Notes under the pieces: generated by a model
What the model saw: only the letters and a program-made list of their open reading frames with translations
What the model was told of the DNA's origin: nothing
Databases searched by the model: none
Made by a program: the position numbers and the translations under genes
In this document: one piece after another, positions 46,825 through 54,851 of the stretch
Layout: the number at the start of each line of letters is the position of its first letter
Numbering within the stretch: the stretch's first letter is position 1
Assembly: GCA_015654835.1 (NCBI GenBank)
Contig: JAATGG010000159.1
Span: forward strand, 5,576 to 69,575
DNA length: 64,000 nucleotides
From: Terriglobales bacterium
GTDB taxonomy: Bacteria; Acidobacteriota; Terriglobia; Terriglobales; Acidobacteriaceae
Direction: 5' to 3'

Positions 46825-47331
46825 CTATCGGTTGCCGAGCAGCTCTTCAATGTCGGCGGCCAGATCCTTGGGCTCAGTGGAAGAGCCATAGCGTCCAGTG
46901 ACAGCGCCTTCGCGGTCGACGAGAAATTTGGTGAAGTTCCATTTAATGCCCTGGCTGCCGAGGAGGCCTCTCTTCTCTCTTTTCAGGAAACGGTAGAGCG
47001 GGTGGGTGTCCGGGCCATTGACATCGATTTTGGCGAACAAGGGAAAGCTCACTCCATAATTTTTGTCGCAGAAAGCCCCGATTTCGTCGGCGGAGCCGGG
47101 CTCCTGTGCACCGAACTGGTTGCACGGGAAGCCAAGGACCTCGAAGCCGCAGTCCTTGTAATGCCGATAGAGGTCCTCAAGGCCGCCATATTGGGGAGTG
47201 AATCCACATTTGCTGGCGGTATTCACGATCAGCAGGACTCGGCCTTCGAACTCGCAAAGGCTTGCCATGCGCCCGTCCAGCAGAGAGGCCGAGAACTCAT
47301 AAACCGTCTTCGCAGAGTCGCCGTTGGCCAT
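46825..47331 (-). CDS. glutathione peroxidase (Cys-type)
   Basis: Motifs LLIVNTASKCGFTPQY and GFPCNQFGAQEPG. Start at MANGDS (47331). Confidence 0.92.
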   Translation of the reverse strand: MANGDSAKTVYEFSASLLDGRMASLCEFEGRVLLIVNTASKCGFTPQYGGLEDLYRHYKDCGFEVLGFPCNQFGAQEPGSADEIGAFCDKNYGVSFPLFAKIDVNGPDTHPLYRFLKREKRGLLGSQGIKWNFTKFLVDREGAVTGRYGSSTEPKDLAADIEELLGNR

Positions 47332-47692
47332 GAAAACCTCCATAAAGAGGATGTCATGTGAGGCTCATCTGCGTCTAAGAGGGATGCAGCGCAGCCTAGA
47401 GGGAATATCATTCCATTGCAACCCATCTGCGTCCAGTAGACTGGGGGCTGGGTCTCAACGAGGGACCAGCCCGAGTCCGCAAGGGCCTAGCGCGGCAGGG
47501 GATTCTCGGAAAGGCACGATTTTAGAGCCGTTTGGCAGCCTTGCGGTTTGGGTGAGGTGGCAGCGGTCCAATATAATCAGTCTTTCCTCGATGCAGGACA
47601 GATTTTTCAGCAGTGAGGGTGTGCATATTTTTCCCGTGAATCTGAACCATGGACCGCACCAAGTTACGTGCTCGACGCAGGGCTCCAGCCCG

Positions 47693-50596
47693 GTGAAGAC
47701 CAAGCACACTTCGATCTGCCGTGCCTCGCGGATCGCAAGGCGCCTAGCGCATACGATGCTGGTGCTGGCGCTGGCGTTTTCCGCCGTCGCAGCTCTGGCG
47801 CAACAGCCGGAGACAATCGAGCAGATCCGTGTCATCGGTAACCGCCGGATTCCGAAAGAGACTGTGCTTGCGCGCCTCTTTACCCATCCCGGCGACACCT
47901 ATGACCCGATTTCGATCGAGCGCGACTTCAACTCGCTCTGGAACACGAGTTATTTCGATAATTTGCGCATTGAGCGTGAGGACTCGGAGAAGGGCATCAT
48001 CCTGAACATCTTCGTTCGGGAAAAGCCCACCATCCGCGAAATCAATTACAAGGGCCTCAACGCCGTCTCCCAATCGGACGTACTCGACCGCTTCAAAAAA
48101 GAGAAGGTCGGCATCACGGTGGAGAGCCAGTATGACCCGACCAAGACCATGCGGGCAGTGACGGTGCTCAGGGAGATTCTGGCCGAGCACGGGCACCAGT
48201 TTGCCACCATCACGCCAGAGGTGAAGACCATTCCCCCGGCCTCGGTGCAGGTGAACTTCAACATCAAAGAGGGTCCGGTCGTGAAGGTGGGGCAGATCCG
48301 CTTCACCGGCAACCAGCACCTCAGCGCGCTGCAACTGCGCCGGGCGATGAAGAACCTGAAGCCGGTGGGCATTCCCTACTCGCTGATCTTCGAAAATCTG
48401 TTTGCCAAGACCTTCGACGCCTCCAAGCTTGAAGAAGACACGGAGCGGGTGCGGCAGGCCTATCGCGACAAGGGCTACTACAACGCAGCCGTCGAAGAGC
48501 CGAAGACGCAGATCCGCGACGAAGGCGGACTGAACTTCTTCACCTTCCGCCCCAACAAGGGCAAGCGTATCGACATCCTGATGCCTGTTGAAGAAGGAGC
48601 CCGCTATCGGCTGGGCACCATCACCTTCACCGGCAACAAGGCGGTTTCGAACGTGCGGGCACTGCGCGCCACCTTCGCCGAAAAGGATGGGGACTGGTTC
48701 AACGCCACCTTGATCGGCAAGGGTCTCGACAATTTGAAGAAGGCCTACGGCCAGTTGGGATACACCAACTTCGCCGCCATTCCACGGCCCGTTTTCGACG
48801 AACAGAAGAAGACCGTCTCGCTGACCGTCGATATCGACGAAGGCAAGCCGTTTTACGTTTCGCGTATCGAATTTCAGGGCAACACCATCACCCGCGACAA
48901 AGTCATCCGCCGCGAGTTGATGCTGGACGAAGGCCAGGTATACAACTCCCAGCTCTGGGAATACAGCTTGTTGCGCCTCAATCAGCTCGAATACTTCGAT
49001 CCGCTCAAGGTGGACCAGGACACCGAAGTTCACCAGGACTCCGACGCCGGCACAGTTGACCTGCTGCTCAAGGTCAAGGAGAAGGGCAAGAACTCCATCG
49101 GCCTGAACGGCGGCGTCAGCGGCCTGTCCGGGGCCTTCCTGGGCGTCAACTACCAGACCAACAACTTCCTGGGCCTGGGCGAGACGCTGAGCCTGCAGGG
49201 CAACCTGGGCAACGTGAGCCGGCAGTTCCTGTTTGGTTTCTCGCAGCCCTACCTGCGCAACCGTCCGTTGAACCTGGGCTTCCAGCTCTTCAACAACAAG
49301 CAGGACTACAACGCCGCCAAGAACTACCAGGCTACCGCCGGCGCATCGGCCAACCTGAGCTCGGCACAGCAGTCCTTGACGCAGAACTACAACCAGGCGT
49401 CGACCGGCTTGAATTTCTCGCTCAGCTACCCGCTGAAGCGTCACGCATTCCAGCGCGTGGGCTTCACCTATTCGCTGAGCAGGTCGTCGATCACCGCGTT
49501 CAGCACGGCATCGCAGACCTTCTTCCAGACCATCAGCTTCCGGTCGGGCATTCAAGGCTCCAATGCGCTGGCGGGCATCGTCACCAGTTCGGCGTCGTTC
49601 ACCTACATCTACAACACCATCAACAACCCGATGCGTCCGCGCACCGGCAAGGAATTCACTGCGGCGTTCCAGGTGGCCGGCATCGGCGGCAATGTGCGTT
49701 ACATCTCGCCGATGGTGGCCTACAAGAGCTTCCGGTCGATGCATTACCTGACGCCGACGGCGAACGGGCGCAATGTGCTCGGCCTGCGCGCCCAGTTGGG
49801 CTATGTGCAGGGCTTCGGCGGCGATGTGGCTCCCCCCAACAACCGCTTCTACTCCGGCGGTGAAGGCGAGTTGCGCGGCTTCGATATCCGCGGTGCGACG
49901 CCTTACGGCTATGTGCCGAACCGTGTAACCGTCCAGCTCACCAACCCGGACGGCGGCTGCGTTCCACGCGATCCGACCAATCCGCAGTTGAACCAGTGCA
50001 TCCTGGTGCCGATTCCGGTCTACGGCATCGCCTCCATCGGTGGCGATACCAACCTGACCACCAACGCCGAGTACCGCATTCCCATCGCGGGACCGGTCAC
50101 CTTCTCGTTCTTCGACGATTTCGGGATCGATGCAGCCACCAACCACGGCCAGTTGAAGCAGAGCCCCGAGGGCTTCGCCTCCTTGACCGCTCCACTCTAC
50201 GGCTGCCCGGTCTACAACAATGGTTCCTGCCAGGGCGGCATCCCGGGATCGCAGGTCGGATTCCAGCAGAACATCCGGCCGGTCGCGGGCACCAACTTCG
50301 TACCGCGCATGTCCACGGGCGCCGAAATTTCGGTCATCATGCCAGTCGTCAACGCGCCCTTCCGCCTCTATTACGCTTATAACCCTCTGCGGTTGTATGA
50401 GCGGCCCTTCTGCAACGATGTCCGCCTCGGCGGCAACGTGCAAAGCTGCTCGGCCCAGTTGATTACCCGCGATTTGTTCCCGCCGGGTGGCGCAGGCGAC
50501 TACACCTACCAGGAAGCTATTCAGGCCTACGGAGCAAGAAACCTGTTCCGGGAACCTCGCAAAACCTTCCGCTTGACCGTTTCCACCACGTTCTAA
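47693..50596 (+). CDS. bamA: outer membrane protein assembly factor BamA
   Basis: POTRA repeats start at IEQIRVIGNRRIPKETVLARL. The C-terminal barrel contains RFYSGGEGELRGF and a terminal F. The start is uncertain: in-frame GTG 47693 gives the signal peptide KTKHTS...RRLAHTMLVLALAFSAVAALA, and ATG 47756 is an alternative. The 1090-aa ORF start is rejected. Confidence 0.88.
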   Translation: MKTKHTSICRASRIARRLAHTMLVLALAFSAVAALAQQPETIEQIRVIGNRRIPKETVLARLFTHPGDTYDPISIERDFNSLWNTSYFDNLRIEREDSEKGIILNIFVREKPTIREINYKGLNAVSQSDVLDRFKKEKVGITVESQYDPTKTMRAVTVLREILAEHGHQFATITPEVKTIPPASVQVNFNIKEGPVVKVGQIRFTGNQHLSALQLRRAMKNLKPVGIPYSLIFENLFAKTFDASKLEEDTERVRQAYRDKGYYNAAVEEPKTQIRDEGGLNFFTFRPNKGKRIDILMPVEEGARYRLGTITFTGNKAVSNVRALRATFAEKDGDWFNATLIGKGLDNLKKAYGQLGYTNFAAIPRPVFDEQKKTVSLTVDIDEGKPFYVSRIEFQGNTITRDKVIRRELMLDEGQVYNSQLWEYSLLRLNQLEYFDPLKVDQDTEVHQDSDAGTVDLLLKVKEKGKNSIGLNGGVSGLSGAFLGVNYQTNNFLGLGETLSLQGNLGNVSRQFLFGFSQPYLRNRPLNLGFQLFNNKQDYNAAKNYQATAGASANLSSAQQSLTQNYNQASTGLNFSLSYPLKRHAFQRVGFTYSLSRSSITAFSTASQTFFQTISFRSGIQGSNALAGIVTSSASFTYIYNTINNPMRPRTGKEFTAAFQVAGIGGNVRYISPMVAYKSFRSMHYLTPTANGRNVLGLRAQLGYVQGFGGDVAPPNNRFYSGGEGELRGFDIRGATPYGYVPNRVTVQLTNPDGGCVPRDPTNPQLNQCILVPIPVYGIASIGGDTNLTTNAEYRIPIAGPVTFSFFDDFGIDAATNHGQLKQSPEGFASLTAPLYGCPVYNNGSCQGGIPGSQVGFQQNIRPVAGTNFVPRMSTGAEISVIMPVVNAPFRLYYAYNPLRLYERPFCNDVRLGGNVQSCSAQLITRDLFPPGGAGDYTYQEAIQAYGARNLFREPRKTFRLTVSTTF

Positions 50597-50616
50597 TCCA
50601 CACATCTTCAGCAAAA

Positions 50617-50653
50617 CGAAAGGGCCGCTCCCAACGAGCGGCCCTTTCGTTTT
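50617..50653 (+). terminator. intrinsic terminator after bamA
   Basis: CGAAAGGGCCGCTC-ccaac-GAGCGGCCCTTTCG followed by TTTT. Confidence 0.88.
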
Positions 50654-50745
50654 GGCCGGTCCGCTTATGGCCATGCGCGGAAGAAACTAAGCCGTGCCCT
50701 GCGAAATATATCCTGCGTTCGCGGCGGATGCTCCGATTCCCAGGT

Positions 50746-50774
50746 TTGACGCTCCCCGGTGGCGACCCTATAAT
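50746..50774 (+). promoter_or_regulatory. near-consensus sigma70-type promoter of skp copy 1
   Basis: TTGACG (50746-50751), a 17-nt spacer, then TATAAT (50769-50774). Confidence 0.6.
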
Positions 50775-50941
50775 CCAGCTAGTTCCTGCTGACGTCTCCG
50801 CTCGTGTCTTTGTCCTGCCTCTGCCTCATTCCAGCGCGGAGCTTTCTCAAAAAGACCGGTGAGTTTCTCAGGAGGCACAGGCCTGTTCTGCGCTGGCACG
50901 CTTGCGGCCATACAGGAACTTAGAAGGAGTTTCTCATTTCA

Positions 50942-51571
50942 ATGAAGCGCTCTCTTGCACTTGCCATGATTCTGGCCTCGGGCTTCGCCCTGAACGCCGT
51001 TGCCCAAACATCCGCTGCTGCACCAGCCGGCCCCACCAAGATTGCTGTAATTGCCTTTCAGGCAGCCGTGGGACAGACCAACGAATTTCAGCGCAACTTT
51101 GCCGACCTGCAGAAGAAGTTCACGCCCAAGCGCGACGAGCTCAAGACGCTCAGCGACGAAGTCGACAATCTGCAAAAGCAGTTGCAGGCGCAGGGCGAGA
51201 AGCTGAGCGACGCCGAGCGTGCCAGCCGTGCCCGGACCATCGACGAGAAGAAGAAGCAGTTGCAGCGCTCCGGCGAAGACGCACAGAACGATTTCCAGCA
51301 GGAAATGCAGGGACTCTATGGCGGCGTAGCTTCCAAGGTGGGCGAAGTCCTCTCCAGCTATGCGCAGCAGCAGGGCTACACGCTGGTTCTGGATGTAAGC
51401 GAGCAGCAGAGCCCGGTGCTCTATGCCAACGAAACCACCAACATCACCAAGGCCGTCCTCGACGCCTACAACGTGAAGTCCGGCATTCCCGCTCCCGCGG
51501 CGCAGCCCGCTGGCGCTACGGCCCGGCCCGCGGCTCGGCCTGCCGCACATCCCGCGAGCGGCGCACACTAA
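50942..51571 (+). CDS. skp: OmpH/Skp-family periplasmic chaperone, copy 1
   Basis: Signal peptide MKRSLALAMILASGFALNAVAQ, then a coiled-coil region KIAVIAFQAAVGQTNEFQRNFADLQKKF... Confidence 0.85.
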   Translation: MKRSLALAMILASGFALNAVAQTSAAAPAGPTKIAVIAFQAAVGQTNEFQRNFADLQKKFTPKRDELKTLSDEVDNLQKQLQAQGEKLSDAERASRARTIDEKKKQLQRSGEDAQNDFQQEMQGLYGGVASKVGEVLSSYAQQQGYTLVLDVSEQQSPVLYANETTNITKAVLDAYNVKSGIPAPAAQPAGATARPAARPAAHPASGAH

Positions 51572-51601
51572 GGCCGATTTCGTTCCATAGCAACTTGCAC
51601 G

Positions 51602-51634
51602 GCAGAAAGGCTCCGCGATGCGGGGCCTTTCTGC
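51602..51634 (+). terminator. hairpin after skp copy 1 (no U-tract)
   Basis: GCAGAAAGGCTCCGC-gat-GCGGGGCCTTTCTGC, with one G-U pair. Confidence 0.4.
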
Positions 51635-51713
51635 TGCGAAAAAGAAGTTTAGTGCAGCCATCGAAACCGCGAAATTTGCCGCAAAATCAGGGCAGAATTA
51701 ACGTTTTGCCGGT

Positions 51714-51742
51714 TTGACGCTCCTATCTCGCCCTCCTATAAT
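51714..51742 (+). promoter_or_regulatory. near-consensus sigma70-type promoter of skp copy 2
   Basis: TTGACG (51714-51719), a 17-nt spacer, then TATAAT (51737-51742). Confidence 0.6.
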
Positions 51743-51907
51743 CCTTCTAGTTCCTGCTGACGTCTCAATCCGCGTCTTTTCTTGTCTCTGCCCACTCAGC
51801 GCGGAGCCCCCCAAAAAAGACCGAGAGGTTTCTCAGGAGGCACCGGTTCGCTTAGGCGCTGAAACGCTTGCGGCCACACAGGAATTCTGAAGGAGTCTTT
51901 CACAGGA

Positions 51908-52534
51908 ATGAAGCGCTTGCTTGCACTCACTCTTACGCTGGCTTCGGGCTTTGCCTTGAACGCCGCTGCCCAAACACCTGCCGCCGCGCCCGCAGGACCG
52001 GCCAAGATCGCCGTCGTCGCCTTTCAGGTGGCTGTGGCCCAAACCAACGAGGGCCAGCGCGAGTTCGCCGACCTGCAAAAGAAATATGCTCCCAAGGAAG
52101 CCCAGCTTAAAGCTCTCAGCGAAGAGGTCGACGGCCTGACCAAGCAGTTGCAGACGCAGGGCGACAAGCTGAGCGAAGCGGAACGGGGCAGCCGCGCCAA
52201 GGCGATCGACGACAAGAAGAAGCAATTGCAGCGTTCCGCCGAAGACGCACAGAACGATTTTCAGCAAGAAATGCAGGAGATGTACAGCGGACTAGCCTCG
52301 AAGGTCTATGACGTTCTGGCCACCTATGCGCAGCAGCAAGGATTCACCCTGGTGCTGGACGTAAGCCAGCAGCAGAGCCCGGTACTCTATGCTCCTGACT
52401 CCACCAACATCACCAAGGCCGTGATCGACGCCTACAACGTGAAGTCGGGTGTTCCCGCTCCTCCGGCAGCGCCGGCAGGTACAGCTCCGCGGCCTGCGGC
52501 GCCGTCGTCCATCAGACCCCCGGCAGCACACTAA
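51908..52534 (+). CDS. skp: OmpH/Skp-family periplasmic chaperone, copy 2
   Basis: N-terminus MKRLLALTLTLASGFALNAAAQ. It is collinear with copy 1 over its full length. Confidence 0.85.
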   Translation: MKRLLALTLTLASGFALNAAAQTPAAAPAGPAKIAVVAFQVAVAQTNEGQREFADLQKKYAPKEAQLKALSEEVDGLTKQLQTQGDKLSEAERGSRAKAIDDKKKQLQRSAEDAQNDFQQEMQEMYSGLASKVYDVLATYAQQQGFTLVLDVSQQQSPVLYAPDSTNITKAVIDAYNVKSGVPAPPAAPAGTAPRPAAPSSIRPPAAH

Positions 52535-52550
52535 AAGTTAGTGCTTTGGC

Positions 52551-52581
52551 AAAGGCCCCGCTGAGCGGGGCCTTTTTGCTT
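52551..52581 (+). terminator. intrinsic terminator after skp copy 2
   Basis: AAAGGCCCCGC-tga-GCGGGGCCTTT followed by TTGCTT. Confidence 0.85.
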
Positions 52582-52638
52582 AAAGCGAAATTTTGTTAAA
52601 GAATGAATAAAAAGCGTATATGCTTGCGGTCAAGAAGA

Positions 52639-52853
52639 ATCTTCACAATGCGAAGGTTTTTCTGTGGAAAAAATTGTGGATTGCTTCTGGCAATCGTGGA
52701 CGAAGATTTGCTTTCCACCGGTTGCGCATGGATGCGGACTTCTGATAGGCTAAGCAACTTCTTTAAAATCAATTAGAAAAGGATCTACATTTCGTGCGAC
52801 GCCGCCCTTGACACCATCGCAAAAGCGCGCATGAATTTTGCGAGCTTTCCACA
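52639..52853. other. cluster of DnaA-box-like 9-mers in an AT-rich spacer
   Basis: Best hits are TGTGGAAAA 52663-52671 (1 mismatch to TGTGGATAA), TGTGGATTG 52675-52683 (2 mismatches) and CTTTCCACA 52845-52853 (2 mismatches). Weaker hits are CGTGGACGA 52695, CTTTCCACC 52711 and ATCTTCACA 52639. Confidence 0.3.
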
Positions 52854-52905
52854 ATTTGAGGTAAAGGGTCTTGGCGCGAATGGGTCTTAGGTCACCCGTG
52901 TCAAG

Positions 52906-54717
52906 TTACTTTTGTTGGTCTTCGCCTACCCGAAGTACTGCAAGAAAGGCTTCCTGCGGAATATCGACTTTACCGATGCGCTTCATCCGCTTCTTGCCTT
53001 CTTTTTGCTTTTCCAGCAGTTTACGTTTACGCGAAATATCGCCGCCGTAACACTTAGCCAGCACGTTCTTGCGCAGGGCGGCTACGGTTTCGCGGGCCAC
53101 GATCTTGGCGCCGATAGCGGCCTGGATAGCTACCTCGAACTGCTGGCGGGGAATCAGCTCGCGCATCTTGGACACCAGCGCCTTGCCGCGTTCATAAGCA
53201 AAGTCACGGTGGACGATGATGGAGAGCGCATCGACCGGCTCGCCCGAAACCAGAATGTCCATCTTGACCATCGGGGAAACCCATTCGCCGGCCAATTGAT
53301 AGTCCAGCGATGCGTAGCCGCGCGAGACGGATTTGAGGCGGTCGTAAAAGTCGAGCACGATCTCGTTCAGCGGCAATTCATAGGTCAGCAGAACGCGGGT
53401 CGGTGTGGCGTATTCAAAATTGAGCTGCTTGCCGCGCTTTTCCTCGACCAGCTTGAGAATGCCTCCCACATATTCCTCGTTGGTGAGGATCTTGGCGGTG
53501 ATTACAGGCTCGCGAATCTCGTCGATATTGGTGGGCTCGGGCCAGCGCGAAGGATTGTCCACTTCGAGCACCGAGCCGTCGGTCAGCTTGATGTGGTAGC
53601 GGACGCCGGGCGCGGTGGTGATGAGGTCGAGCTCATATTCGCGCTCCAGCCGTTCCTGGATGATCTCCATGTGCAGGAGGCCGAGGAAGCCGCAACGGAA
53701 ACCGAAGCCCAGCGCAGCCGAGCTTTCCGGCTCGAAAAAGAAGGAAGAATCGTTGAGGCGCAGCTTTTCAAGCGCATCGCGCAACAGCGTGTGCTCGTGC
53801 GAATCGACCGTGTAGAGGCCGGAGAAGACCATCGGCTTAAGTTCTTCGAAGCCGGGCAACTGCGCAGCGGCCTGCCGCGCTTCCTCGGTCACGGTGTCGC
53901 CGATTTTGGTATCGCCTACGTTCTTGATGGTGGCCGCAAAAAAACCGACTTCGCCCGCGCGCAGCTCGGCAATCTCCACCGGTTTGGGCATCAGCACTCC
54001 CATCGATTCGACGTCGAAGACTTTGCCATTCGACATAAAACGAATGCGCTGATTCTTGCGCAGGGTCCCCTGCATGACGCGCACCAGCACGATGACGCCA
54101 CGATAGGCATCGAACCACGAGTCGAAGACCAAAGCCTGCAGCGGAGCATGCGGGTCGCCCGTGGGCGGCGGCAGGCGGTGCACGATAGCCTCAAGCACCT
54201 CGGCAACGCCGATGCCCGTCTTGGCGCTCACCGGAATCGCATCGGTAGCGTCCAATCCCACAGCCTGCTCGATGGCTTCCTGCGTGCGCACGACATCCGC
54301 GGAGGGCAGGTCGATCTTGTTGATCACGGGAATGATTTCGAGCCCATGATTGATCGCCAGGTAGGCGTTGGCCAGCGTCTGGGCTTCCACGCCCTGGGTC
54401 GCATCCACCACCAGCAGGGCGCCCTCGCAGGAGGCCAGCGAACGCGAAACCTCATAACTGAAGTCCACGTGGCCGGGGGTATCGATCAGGTTGAGCTGAT
54501 AGGTATTGCCGTCCTTGGCCTTGTACATCATGCGCACGGCATGAGCCTTGATGGTGATGCCGCGTTCCCGCTCCAGGTCCATTGCATCCAGCACCTGGGC
54601 TTGCATCTCACGGCCGGTCACGGAACCGGTAAGTTCGAGCAGACGGTCGCTCAGCGTCGACTTGCCGTGGTCGATGTGGGCGATGATCGCGAAATTGCGC
54701 AGGAAACGAGCGTCCAT
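52906..54717 (-). CDS. lepA: translation elongation factor 4
   Basis: Start at [29 protein letters not shown]-domain motifs DTPGH and NKID; C-terminal LepA domain. Confidence 0.96.
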   Translation of the reverse strand: MDARFLRNFAIIAHIDHGKSTLSDRLLELTGSVTGREMQAQVLDAMDLERERGITIKAHAVRMMYKAKDGNTYQLNLIDTPGHVDFSYEVSRSLASCEGALLVVDATQGVEAQTLANAYLAINHGLEIIPVINKIDLPSADVVRTQEAIEQAVGLDATDAIPVSAKTGIGVAEVLEAIVHRLPPPTGDPHAPLQALVFDSWFDAYRGVIVLVRVMQGTLRKNQRIRFMSNGKVFDVESMGVLMPKPVEIAELRAGEVGFFAATIKNVGDTKIGDTVTEEARQAAAQLPGFEELKPMVFSGLYTVDSHEHTLLRDALEKLRLNDSSFFFEPESSAALGFGFRCGFLGLLHMEIIQERLEREYELDLITTAPGVRYHIKLTDGSVLEVDNPSRWPEPTNIDEIREPVITAKILTNEEYVGGILKLVEEKRGKQLNFEYATPTRVLLTYELPLNEIVLDFYDRLKSVSRGYASLDYQLAGEWVSPMVKMDILVSGEPVDALSIIVHRDFAYERGKALVSKMRELIPRQQFEVAIQAAIGAKIVARETVAALRKNVLAKCYGGDISRKRKLLEKQKEGKKRMKRIGKVDIPQEAFLAVLRVGEDQQK

Positions 54718-54851
54718 GGGGGTGGCAAACGGGGCAATTGCGCGATCTTCTGCACGTTGCCTCCATGGCATAGCTTATCATCGGCTAAGGGTCTGCCAGC
54801 TTAATCTCCCAGGAGCCCAGCCGTGGCCGGAGAGTCGCGGCATCAATACGC

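Larger units (their letters stand above)
50746..52581 (+). repeat. tandem duplication (two units, ~967-bp period) of promoter + leader + skp
   Basis: The -35/-10 hexamers, leader blocks (agttcctgctgacgtct, gcgcggagc, gtttctcaggaggcac, cgcttgcggcca, gaaggagt) and CDS align between units. Confidence 0.85.

Noticed and set aside
47443-47472. GGGGGCTGGGTCTCAACGAGGG, resembling a tmRNA 5' end
   Set aside because: No tRNA-like 3' domain, resume codon or tag reading frame, or pseudoknot region follows within 400 nt. It folds as a simple local hairpin.
47561-47660. tRNA-like ends: GCGGTCC ... GGACCGC-ACCA
   Set aside because: Only the 7-bp terminal pairing and ACCA are present. There is no D arm, anticodon arm or T arm (no GTTCGAATC-type loop), and the length of about 100 nt is wrong. 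I treat it as coincidental.
47744-50674. 976-aa ORF on the minus strand
   Set aside because: It lies exactly antisense to bamA. Its composition is a monotonous Arg/Gly/Ala/Val mix typical of shadow ORFs in GC-rich DNA. The sense strand has clear POTRA and barrel motifs.
50902-51717. 271-aa ORF (and its twin 51868..52110) starting upstream of each skp ATG in another frame
   Set aside because: These are out-of-frame overlaps with skp that start at non-ATG codons. Their apparent conservation is only a by-product of the tandem duplication. The skp frame has the signal peptide and SD.
52912-54804. 630-aa ORF on the plus strand
   Set aside because: It is antisense to lepA, whose GTPase motifs are unambiguous. 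It has no motifs of its own.
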